From an uncultured Oscillospiraceae bacterium (GTDB lineage: Bacteria; Bacillota; Clostridia; Peptostreptococcales; Anaerovoracaceae), in assembly GCA_964345275.1 (NCBI GenBank), contig CAYFQD010000006.1, forward strand, positions 812 through 64,811: DNA of 64,000 bases, read 5' to 3'. The notes under the pieces are model-generated. The model searched no databases. It was not told the origin of the DNA and was given only the letters and a program-made list of their open reading frames with translations. The first letter of the stretch is position 1, and the number at the start of each line of letters is the position of its first letter. A program made the translations under genes and the position numbers. Below are positions 46,546-57,277 of this stretch, piece by piece.

Positions 46546-47536
46546 GTCTTCTGTCTCTGCCCATAAGCATGTCAACAGCATCGGAAGCCTTGAGTGTCCC
46601 CCTGGTCACATTGTATATGGCATCGGTAATAGGCATTTCAACATCTGCTATTTTTGCCAGCTCATAGGCCGCTTCAGCAGTAAACATTCCCTCAACAACC
46701 ATTCCGATCTTTGCAATCGCATCGGCAGGGGACATACCTTCACCCATCATTATGCCGCATCTGCGGTTACGGGAATGCATGCTTGTGCATGTTACAATCA
46801 GGTCGCCCGTCCCGGTGAGTCCTGCAAAGGTCTCAGGCTTTGCACCAAGTTTCACGCCCAGACGGGTAATCTCTGCAAGTCCTCTGGTCATGAGAGCTGC
46901 CTTTGCATTGTCTCCGAATCCCATGCCGTCCGATATCCCCGCACCCAGTGCAATAATGTTCTTAAGAGCTCCTCCCAGTTCAACTCCCACTACATCATCG
47001 GAAGTATATACTCTGAATCTGTCAGTCATAAACAGATCCTGAACTGCCAGGGCTGCCTCCATATTGCGTGATGCCGTAGCAACGGTTGTCGGCAGCTGTC
47101 TGCCAACCTCTTCTGCATGGGACGGACCTGACAGAACAACATACCCTGACATTCTTTCCTGTCCCAGAACATCCTCCGCAATTTCCGACATTCTCCTGTG
47201 GGTGCCCCGCTCAATGCCCTTAGCAACATTTATAATAATGGCATCCTCGCGCATAAACGGAACAGCAGCACTTATCGCACTTCTGAAAAACTGAGCCGGT
47301 GCAGAAAACAGGACGACATCTGCATCCTTAACTGCTTCCTCATTTGAATAGGCAATCTCAATATTCTCATTTAAATGAACCCCCGGAAGATATTTCACAT
47401 TCTCACGCTCTTTTTCCATGGACTTGAGATGCTCCGCATCAACATCATAGATTTTGACTTTATTGCCTTTGCCGGCAACTACAGTTGCAAGGGCCGTTCC
47501 CCAGCTGCCTGCACCTATTACTCCGATATTAGTCAT
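46538..47536 (-). CDS. gpsA: NAD(P)H-dependent glycerol-3-phosphate dehydrogenase
   Basis: MTNIGVIGAGSWGTALA...GALKNIIALGAG... Confidence 0.93.
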   Translation of the reverse strand: MTNIGVIGAGSWGTALATVVAGKGNKVKIYDVDAEHLKSMEKERENVKYLPGVHLNENIEIAYSNEEAVKDADVVLFSAPAQFFRSAISAAVPFMREDAIIINVAKGIERGTHRRMSEIAEDVLGQERMSGYVVLSGPSHAEEVGRQLPTTVATASRNMEAALAVQDLFMTDRFRVYTSDDVVGVELGGALKNIIALGAGISDGMGFGDNAKAALMTRGLAEITRLGVKLGAKPETFAGLTGTGDLIVTCTSMHSRNRRCGIMMGEGMSPADAIAKIGMVVEGMFTAEAAYELAKIADVEMPITDAIYNVTRGTLKASDAVDMLMGRDRRHE

Positions 47537-48162
47537 TGCACATCCTCCTCTTGAATCTCTTCTTTTTCCTTTTTCTCAAAAATACTCATAATAGGTTCTT
47601 CTCCGTGAATCAGTCTGCTCATATTGGATCTGTGCTTTACAAGCAGGATAATTGTCATGATAGCAGCAACCCAGACAAATGCCGGTTCCATAAAGAATGC
47701 CACAACAGGCAGAGCTACTGCTCCCGCGACAGATCCCACTGACATCCTCTTTGTTATCAGTACAAAAATCGCCACAATTGCTAACATCACCACCGCATAC
47801 AGCGGATTAACCGCCAGCAGTGCGCCAAAGGTCGTAGCAACACCCTTGCCTCCTCTGAACCTGTAAATCATTGGCCATACATGACCGAGAAATACAAACA
47901 GAGCACAGCAGTACGCTCCCATGCTTCCGGCAAAAACAAAGCCTATGAGAACAGCTGCAACGCCTTTGAGTATGTCCACCACCATGGTGATGGCTCCGGC
48001 TTTTTTACCCATGACACGGAGAGCATTGGTGGTTCCGGCATTGCCGCTTCCTTTCTCTTTGATATCAAAACCGGCACGCTTAGCCATAATTGTTGATGGC
48101 GAGATATTGCCGATGAAATAAGCTATCAGGCCTGCTATCCCAATAATTACAAAAGTCTGCAT
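47533..48162 (-). CDS. plsY: Acyl-phosphate:glycerol-3-phosphate acyltransferase
   Basis: GSGNAGTTNALR...DILKG...FRGGKGVAT motifs; polytopic membrane protein. Confidence 0.92.
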   Translation of the reverse strand: MQTFVIIGIAGLIAYFIGNISPSTIMAKRAGFDIKEKGSGNAGTTNALRVMGKKAGAITMVVDILKGVAAVLIGFVFAGSMGAYCCALFVFLGHVWPMIYRFRGGKGVATTFGALLAVNPLYAVVMLAIVAIFVLITKRMSVGSVAGAVALPVVAFFMEPAFVWVAAIMTIILLVKHRSNMSRLIHGEEPIMSIFEKKEKEEIQEEDVQ

Positions 48163-48165
48163 CTA

Positions 48166-49494
48166 TTAAAACTCCTCTTCTTTTTCATCTTTCTCCCTAA
48201 AGACAAACTTGATTGAAGTCCCCTCGAATCCGAAGGCGTCTCTGATCTGATTCTCCAGGTATCTGGCATAGGAGAAGTGCATTAACGGTCTGGAATTTAC
48301 CTTGAATGAGAACAGTGGCGGTTTAACACCCACCTGAGTCACATAGTATATTTTTAAGCGCCTGCCCTTGTCAGCCGGCGGCTGTTTCATCATGGTTGCG
48401 TCTACAATCAAATTGTTAAGCTGACCGGTAGGGACCCTCATGGCACGATTTTCTGCTACATATCTGGCCATACCGATAACCTGGCTGACGCGCTGCCCCG
48501 TCAGTGCTGAAATAAACAGTGACGGCGCGTAGGACATGAACCCCAGTTCACGGTACATTTCTCCGCGAAAATCCCGCATGGTGTTGGTCTCTTTCTCTGC
48601 CAGATCCCACTTATTTACAAGAATTACTATCCCTTTGCCCGCCTCGTGAGCGATGCCCGCAATCTTTTTATCCTGCTCCGTAACGCCTTCCGTCGCGTCA
48701 ATCATCAGCATGCATACATCGCATCTTTCTATAGCAGCAACAGCTCTTAGAACACTGAATCTTTCAATGTTCTCGCTAACCTTGCTCTTCCTTCTTATTC
48801 CCGCTGTGTCAATCAGGGTGTACTTCTCCCCCTCGTGTTCAAATGGTGTGTCGATGGAGTCTCTGGTGGTCCCCGCAATGGGCGAAACAATTACACGATT
48901 TTCACCAAGAAGCTTGTTTATCAGCGACGACTTGCCCACATTAGGCTTGCCGATCATTGCTATTTTTATGGAATCGTCCTCTTCCAGCCCGGCTCCTGCC
49001 GGGAAGCTGGCCACGATTTCATCCAGCAGATCCCCCAGGTTAAGCATATTCGCGGCAGAAATGGGTATAGGCTCTCCCAGCCCAAGTTCATAGAAATCAT
49101 AGAAATCCGGTGAAACTTCCGCCTTGTCCACCTTATTTACAGTCAGGACAACTTTTTTACCGGTTTTCATGAGCATCTCGCCTACTTCTCTATCCGCTGC
49201 AGTCAGTCCCTCCTTACCGTCAACCATAAAGAGAATTACATCGGATGTATCCATAGCCATTTCCGCCTGTTCTCTCATCTGTGACAGTATGATATCTTTG
49301 CTGTAAGGCTCAATTCCTCCCGTATCAATAAGGCCGAAGCGGATTCCGTTCCACTCAGCCTCAGCGTATATTCTGTCTCTCGTAACTCCCGGTGTGTCTT
49401 CGACAATGGAAATTCTCTGCCCGACAATCTTATTGAAAAGGGTTGATTTTCCTACATTAGGACGGCCGACTACGGCCACCATAGGTAAACTCAT
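48166..49494 (-). CDS. der: Ribosome-associated GTPase Der/EngA (tandem G domains + KH-like domain)
   Basis: Two G domains: [12 protein letters not shown]...DTGG and [12 protein letters not shown]...DTAG. Confidence 0.95.
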   Translation of the reverse strand: MSLPMVAVVGRPNVGKSTLFNKIVGQRISIVEDTPGVTRDRIYAEAEWNGIRFGLIDTGGIEPYSKDIILSQMREQAEMAMDTSDVILFMVDGKEGLTAADREVGEMLMKTGKKVVLTVNKVDKAEVSPDFYDFYELGLGEPIPISAANMLNLGDLLDEIVASFPAGAGLEEDDSIKIAMIGKPNVGKSSLINKLLGENRVIVSPIAGTTRDSIDTPFEHEGEKYTLIDTAGIRRKSKVSENIERFSVLRAVAAIERCDVCMLMIDATEGVTEQDKKIAGIAHEAGKGIVILVNKWDLAEKETNTMRDFRGEMYRELGFMSYAPSLFISALTGQRVSQVIGMARYVAENRAMRVPTGQLNNLIVDATMMKQPPADKGRRLKIYYVTQVGVKPPLFSFKVNSRPLMHFSYARYLENQIRDAFGFEGTSIKFVFREKDEKEEEF

Positions 49495-50390
49495 GTCGTC
49501 TCCTTAAATATTCCCTGTGCGAACTGGTTCGGCTCGAATTCCTCCAGGTCCTCAAGTCCTTCCCCAAGTCCTACAAACTTGACCGGCATATCGAACTCGT
49601 CTGCAATGGTAATCACGATGCCGCCCTTTGCGGTACCGTCAAGTTTTGTCAGCACTATGCCGGTAATGTCCGCAGCCTCTCCGAATTCCGAAACTTGTGA
49701 TACGGCATTCTTTCCGGTTGTGGCATCAAGTACCAGCAGATTTTCGCGAGTAGCTTCAGGCCATTCTCTGGAAATGACCTTATCCATCTTGTTCAGCTCA
49801 TCCATAAGATTTTTCTTATTTTGCAGCCTGCCGGCAGTGTCGCATATCAGAACATCCATTCCCTTTGCCTTTGCCGACTGAATGGCATCGTAAATAACGG
49901 CAGACGGGTCGGCACCTTCTCCATGTCTGACTACATTCACGCCTACACGGTCACCCCATATACACAGCTGTTCGCTGGCAGCCGCTCTGAATGTATCGGC
50001 AGCCGCCAGCATGACCTTTCGGCCGTCCTTCTTAAGTCTGTGAGCTATTTTGGCAATGGAGGTGGTTTTACCTCCGCCGTTTATTCCTATCATCAGGATT
50101 ACAAGGGGATAGGCATCGCTGAGCCTCTGTGCCTCGCCTTTGTTAATCAGACTTGCAATAATCTTTCCCAGCCTGATTTTTATAACTTCCGGCTTTGTCA
50201 GATTGTTGCTTCTGACTTCCCTTTGAAGAGTGTCAACAATTTTCATGGTGGTGTCCATTCCAATGTCGGAAGTTATCAGAATTTCCTCCAGCTCTTCGAA
50301 GAAGTCCTCGTCTATGTTGGGGCTCATTGTGAGAGCATCGGTTATTCGCTGGGACATTCGCCCGAAAAAGCCTTTCTTTTCGCCTAACAT
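49491..50390 (-). CDS. ftsY: Signal recognition particle receptor FtsY
   Basis: [15 protein letters not shown]...DTAGRL...[10 protein letters not shown]. Confidence 0.94.
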   Translation of the reverse strand: MLGEKKGFFGRMSQRITDALTMSPNIDEDFFEELEEILITSDIGMDTTMKIVDTLQREVRSNNLTKPEVIKIRLGKIIASLINKGEAQRLSDAYPLVILMIGINGGGKTTSIAKIAHRLKKDGRKVMLAAADTFRAAASEQLCIWGDRVGVNVVRHGEGADPSAVIYDAIQSAKAKGMDVLICDTAGRLQNKKNLMDELNKMDKVISREWPEATRENLLVLDATTGKNAVSQVSEFGEAADITGIVLTKLDGTAKGGIVITIADEFDMPVKFVGLGEGLEDLEEFEPNQFAQGIFKETT

Positions 50391-50403
50391 ACTGTCTCCT
50401 TTT

Positions 50404-53400
50404 TTATTTCGTATATCCGCTCAGGTCTTCTGTCATATTCAGCGAGAGAACCTTGGATACACCGCGCTCCGGCATGGTTACGCCATAAAGCACATCTGTC
50501 TTTTCCATGGTTGCCTTCTGGTGTGTGACCAGGGTGAACTGAATGTCATCAAACTGCCTGAGACATCTGATAAATCTTTCAATGTTAGCATCGTCAAGTG
50601 CCGCCTCTACCTCATCAAGAATGCAGAACGGCGTCGGTTTAGCCTGAAGTACGGCAAACATCAGTGCAATTGCCGTCAGCGTCTTCTCTCCTCCTGACAG
50701 CAGGTTGATATTCTGCAGCTTCTTTCCCGGCGGCTGTGCCACAATATCAATTGTCGATTCCAGAGGATTGTTCTCGTCAGAGAGCCTCAGCTCCGCATGT
50801 CCGCCCCCAAAGAGTTCTTTGAACTGCACCTCGAAATTGACAACAATCTGATCAAAGCTCTCCTTGAACAGAACCCTGATAGTTTTATCCATATCCGTGA
50901 TAATCTTATTCAGATCATCCATGGCCGCCTGCACATCATCCCGTTCTCCCGTAAGGAAATCCAGCCTTTCTCTGACGGTTTCATATTCCTCAATAGCGCC
51001 GACATTGACCTCGCCCAATTCCCTTATCCGGTTTCTTATCTGTCTGTTCTCTCTGACCGCGGTAGACATTACGAATTTATCGGATCTGAATTCCATAGCC
51101 TGAATATAGGATATCTCGAAATCCTCCCAGAGCTTTTCCTTGTATGTGTCCAGCTGGGTCTCATTCTTGGCTTTTCTTACATCCAGCTCGTATTTCTGAT
51201 CCTGATAGTGCTGAATCTTCCCGGCAAGCTCCTCTCTCTCTTCATTAAGTTCTGCCAGACTTGCCGTTAAGGCTGCCTTTTCTTCCGATATTGCATTCAA
51301 GTGTTCTTCTGCATCCTGCTTAACGGCTTCCTGCTCTCTGATAAAGTCATCTACATTCCCGTGTCCGGATGTGATTTCCGACTTTTCTTTTTCCTGATTT
51401 TCCAGCTGCTGCTGCTTGACCCGCAGCTCTTCGTCAATTTCCCTGATGGCGGAGTTTATTCTTGCCATCAGATCATCGGCATGTGCCTTTCTCTCGTTAC
51501 AGGTTGTAACATTAATCCTGACTGCCGTAATCTCATCGTTAATCCTGTCAAATCCAGCCTTGCTTTCCTCATATTCAGCCAGCTTTTCTGCACTGAACTT
51601 TTCAATCTCTTTGATTTCAGCTGTATTTGCTTCGATTTTCGCCCTGAGCTCCGCAATCATTCTCAGAGAGTTCTCCATTTCCGTGCTTATGCTCTCCAGC
51701 TCTCTCCCTACTCTGCCGGCACTGTTTCTTATATCGTTGAGGGTCTTCTCGGACAGATGAATTTCACTGTCCTTGACCATAAGAGCGTGTTCTTCAGCGC
51801 GAACTTCACCTTCCAGTGCACTTATTTCATTATAGGATTTCTTGATGTTATTCCGCAGGTCTTCCAGCGTCTTTTCGTCTCTCCGGTGCTTCTCCTTCCC
51901 CTCTGCAATATGCTGCGCCAGATTGGCTATCTCCGCCTTTCTGTCAAGAATGTTGGCACTTTTATTTTTGTACCTGCCTCCTGTTATGGCTCCGCCCGCA
52001 TTTATTACCTCACCGTCAAGAGTGACAATGCGCATTCCGCTCCCCTGTTTGGAAATCCTGACTGCGTTGTCCATGTTATCCACAATAGCAACCCGGCCAA
52101 GCAGATAATCTGCTACATGAGCGTATTTTCTTTCGTACTGAATAACTTCCGATCCGAAACCTATAAATCCCTGTCGTTCCTTTAATGTCTCATCTCTTCC
52201 GCTGCGAGTCTTTATGGACGCCAGAGGTAAAAATGTCATTCTCCCCGCTCTGTTATCCTTAAGATACCTTATCGCCCTCTTTGCACTCTCATCATTTTCA
52301 CAGACGATGTTCTGCAGTGATGCACCCAATGCGGTTTCAATGGCTGTTTCATATCCCCCGGGTACCTCTATGAGATCTGCAACTACTCCGTGAATGCCCG
52401 GCAGCCCTGACTTCATAACATGCCTGACGGCACTGTTGTATCCTTCATAGTTGCTCTCCATCTCCTCGATGGTTTTTTTTCTGGCACTCAATCTGCTGAG
52501 ATTTATTTTGAGCTCCTCGGTCTCCCCCGCAAGACTGCGCTCCAGAGTCTGCCGGCTCACAAGAGTGTTACGCATTTTCTCAACGCGAGCCTTTTTCTCT
52601 TCGATTGAGTCTTCAATATCCGCCCTCTCCGCTTTTGACAGATTCAGGCTGTCCAGAGTTTCTCTGTTTATATCTTCTCCCGCATTCTTTTCAGAAAGAA
52701 GCACATCCTGCCGCTTGCGCAAAGTCTCCTGTAAGTGCTCCAGACTGTTTATTTCCGCTCTCTCTGAATTGATTTCCCCGGATTTTTCAAAAATTTTATT
52801 TCTGTATGCATCCGCCTCCTCCATGAGAGCGGTCATCTCCTCCGTAAGATCATTGAATATCTGAATTTTTTCGTGAAGCTTCCTGTTCTCTTCTTCCGCC
52901 TCAGCATCTATCTTTGCTTTCTCATCCGCAAAACCTTCCGCATTGGTCTGCTCGCGGAATTTTTTTTCCTCCAGCTGACCGATCTCAATTGCCAGCCTCT
53001 GCCTGTTCTCCTCAATAGCCGACAGTCTTTCTCTATCAATCTCTCCCCTGTTCACAAGGGCATTCAGATTGTCAATGGCCTGAATCAGCTTTTCTCTGGC
53101 ATCAACAGACAGAGCTTCCAGAATTTCATTCCTGTTGTTACCCTCACTGATCTGTTTTTCCAGTTCCTGCTTTTCGTCTCTGTGCCTTCCAAGGGAGTAG
53201 TTTATATTTCTTAAATCTTCTTCTGCATACTGATTCTTCAGATCCAGCCCTTCAATATTTTTTAAAATAATATTAATTTCCAGTTCCTTGTGTCTGTCTC
53301 TGAGCTCCAGATATTCCTCAGCCTTGATGCTGTCCTCACGAAGTCCGTCAATTCTTCCGTCCAGCTCGCTGATAATATCCTGAATTCTATCCATATTAAG

Positions 53401-53955
53401 ATTTGCAGATGCCAGCTTCTTCTCCGCATCTGCCTTTTTAACCCTGTAGGCAACGACCCCCGCAGCCTCTTCAAAAATCTCTCTTCTGGACTCTGTCTTA
53501 TTGCTTATAATATCATCTATTTTACCCTGACCGATCAGGGAGTATCCATCAACTCCGATACCCGTGTCCATAATCAGCTCGCGGATATCTCTCAGTCTGC
53601 ACTGGTTCCCGTTAATATGATATTCACTCTCTCCGGATCTGAACATCCTTCTGGTAATGGCAACCTCCTTGTAATCAATAGGCAGGCTCTCATCACTGTT
53701 ATCGATTACCAGAGTTACTTCGGCCATTCCTCTTGATTTCCGGCTGTCGGTCCCGTTAAAGATGACTTCCTCCATCTTGCCGCCCCGGAGCATCTTGGGG
53801 CTCTGTTCACCCAGAACCCATCTGATCGCATCACTGATATTGCTCTTTCCGCTTCCGTTTGGTCCGACAATTCCGGTTATCCCCTGATTGAATTCAATTG
53901 TTACGGGCTCGGCAAATGATTTGAACCCGTGCATTTCTATTTTTTTAAAAAACAT
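50404..53955 (-). CDS. smc: Chromosome segregation protein SMC
   Basis: 1183 aa; N-terminal FKSF...GPNGSGKSN Walker A, long coiled coils, a hinge, and a C-terminal LSGGEKTLTAIAL...ILDEVEAALD. Confidence 0.96.
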   Translation of the reverse strand: MFFKKIEMHGFKSFAEPVTIEFNQGITGIVGPNGSGKSNISDAIRWVLGEQSPKMLRGGKMEEVIFNGTDSRKSRGMAEVTLVIDNSDESLPIDYKEVAITRRMFRSGESEYHINGNQCRLRDIRELIMDTGIGVDGYSLIGQGKIDDIISNKTESRREIFEEAAGVVAYRVKKADAEKKLASANLNMDRIQDIISELDGRIDGLREDSIKAEEYLELRDRHKELEINIILKNIEGLDLKNQYAEEDLRNINYSLGRHRDEKQELEKQISEGNNRNEILEALSVDAREKLIQAIDNLNALVNRGEIDRERLSAIEENRQRLAIEIGQLEEKKFREQTNAEGFADEKAKIDAEAEEENRKLHEKIQIFNDLTEEMTALMEEADAYRNKIFEKSGEINSERAEINSLEHLQETLRKRQDVLLSEKNAGEDINRETLDSLNLSKAERADIEDSIEEKKARVEKMRNTLVSRQTLERSLAGETEELKINLSRLSARKKTIEEMESNYEGYNSAVRHVMKSGLPGIHGVVADLIEVPGGYETAIETALGASLQNIVCENDESAKRAIRYLKDNRAGRMTFLPLASIKTRSGRDETLKERQGFIGFGSEVIQYERKYAHVADYLLGRVAIVDNMDNAVRISKQGSGMRIVTLDGEVINAGGAITGGRYKNKSANILDRKAEIANLAQHIAEGKEKHRRDEKTLEDLRNNIKKSYNEISALEGEVRAEEHALMVKDSEIHLSEKTLNDIRNSAGRVGRELESISTEMENSLRMIAELRAKIEANTAEIKEIEKFSAEKLAEYEESKAGFDRINDEITAVRINVTTCNERKAHADDLMARINSAIREIDEELRVKQQQLENQEKEKSEITSGHGNVDDFIREQEAVKQDAEEHLNAISEEKAALTASLAELNEEREELAGKIQHYQDQKYELDVRKAKNETQLDTYKEKLWEDFEISYIQAMEFRSDKFVMSTAVRENRQIRNRIRELGEVNVGAIEEYETVRERLDFLTGERDDVQAAMDDLNKIITDMDKTIRVLFKESFDQIVVNFEVQFKELFGGGHAELRLSDENNPLESTIDIVAQPPGKKLQNINLLSGGEKTLTAIALMFAVLQAKPTPFCILDEVEAALDDANIERFIRCLRQFDDIQFTLVTHQKATMEKTDVLYGVTMPERGVSKVLSLNMTEDLSGYTK

Positions 53956-54640
53956 TATATATACCTGTCAGGGCTTTTTCTGCAGCTTTTTGCTCCGCCT
54001 CTTTTTTGCTTTTTCCCGATCCTTCTGCCACCGCTTCTCCGTTTACTACCAGGTTTGCCGTGAAGGTCTTGCAGTGATCCGGACCGGACTCATGAACAGT
54101 AGCATAGCTAATATCCCGTATTCCCTGCGCCTGCAGTACCTCCTGCAGTGCGGTTTTAAAATCATTAATTATATATTTCCCTCTTTTGGCATTTTCAATG
54201 GCATCCGAGAAAAGTGTCAGAACCGTCTTCTTAGCGGCATCATAACCTTCATCCAGATAAACCGCTCCGATAATGGCCTCCATTGTATCAGCAAGGATTG
54301 ATTCTCTCTCTCTGCCTCCGCTTCTCTCCTCTCCCACACCTAACATAACATATTCCCCCAGCCCGATTTTTCTGGCAACACCTGCCAGTGATTTCTCACA
54401 GACGAGAGTTGCTCTTATTCGTGACAAGAATCCTTCCTCTTCCTGAGGAAAGATTCTGTACAATTCTTCTCCTATTATCGCATCTAAAAAAGCATCTCCC
54501 AGAAACTCCAGCCTCTCATTGCTTATTGTACCCTTTCCCGCTTCACATGCACGGGAACTGTGAGTGAGCGCAGTATTCAGCAGTTCCGGGTTGCGGAATC
54601 CGTGCTTAACTTTTTCTTCGAGTAATTTTTTGTTATTCAC
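53945..54640 (-). CDS. rnc: Ribonuclease III
   Basis: NERLEFLGDAFLD signature plus a C-terminal dsRBD. Confidence 0.94.
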   Translation of the reverse strand: MNNKKLLEEKVKHGFRNPELLNTALTHSSRACEAGKGTISNERLEFLGDAFLDAIIGEELYRIFPQEEEGFLSRIRATLVCEKSLAGVARKIGLGEYVMLGVGEERSGGRERESILADTMEAIIGAVYLDEGYDAAKKTVLTLFSDAIENAKRGKYIINDFKTALQEVLQAQGIRDISYATVHESGPDHCKTFTANLVVNGEAVAEGSGKSKKEAEQKAAEKALTGIYNVF

Positions 54641-54652
54641 TCTTTTTTATTC

Positions 54653-55669
54653 CTATTCCTCTTCCATAATTTCTTCTATTTCAAGAAGTGCCGCCTGGAT
54701 TACCTCCACAACATTTTCCTTTGCAAAAGGAAGAGCTCTAATAATTGCATTCTTTACCGCAACCGATGTGGACGACCCGTGGATTTTGACCACCGGTCCG
54801 TTCACACCTAAAATAGGTGCGCCGCCGTATTCCTCATAATCGAACATTCCTTTCAATTCTTTCAATTCTTTCTGGATTATAAGCGCAGCCATCTTCGTCT
54901 TGATATTATGCATGAGCTTGCCCTTTATCAGCTTGAAGAAATTTATGGCCAGACCCTCGGTAAGCTTGAGAATAACATTTCCTGTGAACCCGTCACAAAC
55001 TATAACATCACAAGGTCTCTCCGGCAGCTCTCTGGCTTCAACATTTCCTATAAAGTTCAAATGCGATGCCTCGAGCATCTGATAGGCATCCTTGGTGACA
55101 CTTGTTCCCTTACTTTCTTCTACCCCCATGTTGACAAGTCCCACTGTAGGATTGGGAACTCCCCACACTTTCTTCATGAAAATGCTGCCCATTATGGCAT
55201 ATTCTAAAAGGTTCTGAGCCTTTGATTCGGAGCTGGCACCGGCATCGCAAAGAAGTGCAGGCCTTTCCCCTGTCGTTGCAGGATATATAGATGCCAGTGC
55301 CGGCCTGTCCATTCCTATCAATCTGCCCAGAATCATTCTGGCTCCTACGGCCAGAGCTCCGGTATTTCCCGCCGAAATAAGAACCGCATCCTTGTCCCCT
55401 TTAAGCATGTTGATTGCCACAACCAGAGATGAATCGGTCTTTCTTCTGATGGCTCGCACGGGACTGTCATCCATGGAAATCGTCTGGGTAGCGGGAATAA
55501 TTCTTATCTGATTCCCCTTATATTTATTCTTTTTCAGTTCCTCCTCTATTGCATCAGGCAGACCGACAATACAGATTTCATCATCGATTAACCCTGCTGC
55601 TTCAACAGCACCCTTTACTATTTCTTCGGGAGCGTTATCGCCACCCATTCCATCAAGTATTATTCTCAT
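54653..55669 (-). CDS. plsX: Phosphate:acyl-ACP acyltransferase
   Basis: MRIILDGMGGDNAPEEIV...GNVEAR...CDGFTGNV. Confidence 0.94.
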   Translation of the reverse strand: MRIILDGMGGDNAPEEIVKGAVEAAGLIDDEICIVGLPDAIEEELKKNKYKGNQIRIIPATQTISMDDSPVRAIRRKTDSSLVVAINMLKGDKDAVLISAGNTGALAVGARMILGRLIGMDRPALASIYPATTGERPALLCDAGASSESKAQNLLEYAIMGSIFMKKVWGVPNPTVGLVNMGVEESKGTSVTKDAYQMLEASHLNFIGNVEARELPERPCDVIVCDGFTGNVILKLTEGLAINFFKLIKGKLMHNIKTKMAALIIQKELKELKGMFDYEEYGGAPILGVNGPVVKIHGSSTSVAVKNAIIRALPFAKENVVEVIQAALLEIEEIMEEE

Positions 55670-55712
55670 TCCTTAATCCTCCTGTTGTTTACCATCAGTA
55701 CCGGCATTTATG

Positions 55713-56366
55713 CTAACGAATTTTTGCGATAAATTCTTTAGTTCTCTCCTCAATATCCGTCGCATTAAAAACTGCTGACCCGGCAACAACAATATCAACT
55801 CCGGCATCAATAATTTCTGCCGCATTATCAAGGGTGGCTCCTCCGTCCAATTCGATTTTGAAGCCAAGCTTTCTGCATTCTCTTATCTTCGCCAGTTCCC
55901 TTGCCTTTCCCAGCACATTTGGAATTAATTTCTGCCCGCCGAAACCCGGGTTGACCGACATGAGAAGAACCAGATCCACATCTTCCAGTATATATTCCAG
56001 CACCCCCGGAGGTGTAGCCGGGTTTATAGACACTCCCGCTTTAACACCAAGAGATTTAACATACTGCACCGTTCTGTTCAGATGAGCACATGCCTCTGCA
56101 TGCACCGTGATGTATTCGGTCTGAGGCGTAACAAATTCCTCAAGATAATCATCAGGGCTTTCTATCATAAGATGAACATCAAAGGGCAGAGCTGTATTGC
56201 CCATAAGGCTCTTCATAACAGTGGATCCAAAGGATATATTGGGTACGAAGTGTCCGTCCATTACATCAACATGTATAAGATCCGCTCCTCCCTTTTCGAT
56301 TTTTTTAACATCATCAGCTAAATGTGCGAAATTCGCAGAAAGGATTGATGGTGCCAGTTGTTTCAT
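55713..56366 (-). CDS. rpe: Ribulose-phosphate 3-epimerase
   Basis: MKQLAPSILSANFAHL...HVDVMDGHFVPN...MSVNPGFGGQ. Start at 56366 with a GGAGGA RBS, overlapping the rsgA stop (ATGA). Confidence 0.94.
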   Translation of the reverse strand: MKQLAPSILSANFAHLADDVKKIEKGGADLIHVDVMDGHFVPNISFGSTVMKSLMGNTALPFDVHLMIESPDDYLEEFVTPQTEYITVHAEACAHLNRTVQYVKSLGVKAGVSINPATPPGVLEYILEDVDLVLLMSVNPGFGGQKLIPNVLGKARELAKIRECRKLGFKIELDGGATLDNAAEIIDAGVDIVVAGSAVFNATDIEERTKEFIAKIR

Positions 56367-57274
56367 TTTCGTATTTCCTCCATTTGAGTTCTGTACGACT
56401 CGTATCTCGACTTGCTGATTTCTCCTCTTGCCAGAGCACCCTTGACTGCACATTCAGGTTCGGCAATATGCCTGCAGTTATCATATCTGCACTTGCCGGC
56501 AAATCTTCCTATTTCAGGGAAAAGGAACTGCAGTTCTTCCTCATCTGCCTCCAGCATGTCGAAGGATGTGAACCCCGGTGTATCAAAGAGCATGGTGCCC
56601 CTTTTCTCATCCACCGTAAACAGTTCCGAATGTCTGGTTGTATGTTTGCCTCTCTGCGTCTTCTCGCTTACACTCCCGGTTTCCATTGCAGCGTGAGGAA
56701 TCAGCTGATTTAGAATTGTTGATTTTCCCACTCCCGAAGCGCCCGTCAGGGCAACCGTCTTTCCGGTAATAAGATCCTTCAACTCTTCTATTCCTTTCCC
56801 TGTAAGTCCCTCTATGCATACTACCGGATATACAGGCTCATATGTTTCACGCAATTCCTTCAAATTCTTTGCAGCCTTTTTTGCGGCACCCTTGCCGTTT
56901 ATATCCGCCAGGTCGCACTTGTTGATACAGATAACTATTTCTGTCCGCGCCTTTTCCGCCATTACGAGAAATCTGTCTATTGTCTGCATAATCGGCTGCG
57001 GCCTCGCTACCGCAGTAATCATGGCGAAACAATCAACATTAGCCACAAAAGGTCTGATGAAATCATTCTTTCTGGGCAGAATTTCCGTAATCAGACTATC
57101 ATCATTGTCCTCTATGAGTTCCATTATTACCCGATCGCCCACAGCCGGCCTGATGCCCCATTCCTTAAATATCCCGCGGGCTTTGCATCTGTATACTGCT
57201 TCGCCGGATTTCACATAATAAAACCCGGCGATACCTTTGACTATTGTTCCTTGAAGGATTTTGCATTTGCTCAC
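56363..57274 (-). CDS. rsgA: Ribosome small-subunit-dependent GTPase A
   Basis: Circularly permuted GTPase: NKCDL...GASGVGKSTILN...DTPGF; zinc-finger motif CRYDNCRHIAEPECAV. Confidence 0.93.
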   Translation of the reverse strand: MSKCKILQGTIVKGIAGFYYVKSGEAVYRCKARGIFKEWGIRPAVGDRVIMELIEDNDDSLITEILPRKNDFIRPFVANVDCFAMITAVARPQPIMQTIDRFLVMAEKARTEIVICINKCDLADINGKGAAKKAAKNLKELRETYEPVYPVVCIEGLTGKGIEELKDLITGKTVALTGASGVGKSTILNQLIPHAAMETGSVSEKTQRGKHTTRHSELFTVDEKRGTMLFDTPGFTSFDMLEADEEELQFLFPEIGRFAGKCRYDNCRHIAEPECAVKGALARGEISKSRYESYRTQMEEIRK

Positions 57275-57277
57275 GGC

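Noticed and set aside
51301-52185. Long plus-strand ORFs antisense to strong minus-strand genes. Examples: 51301-52185 in smc, 29153-29959 in the sigma-54 activator, 15315-16052 in cysS/cysE, 33200-33883 in pdp, 13450-14061 in thyA
   Set aside because: They are shadow ORFs. Their composition is Ser/Leu/Phe-rich and low-complexity, they lack RBSs, and the opposite strand encodes unmistakable conserved proteins.
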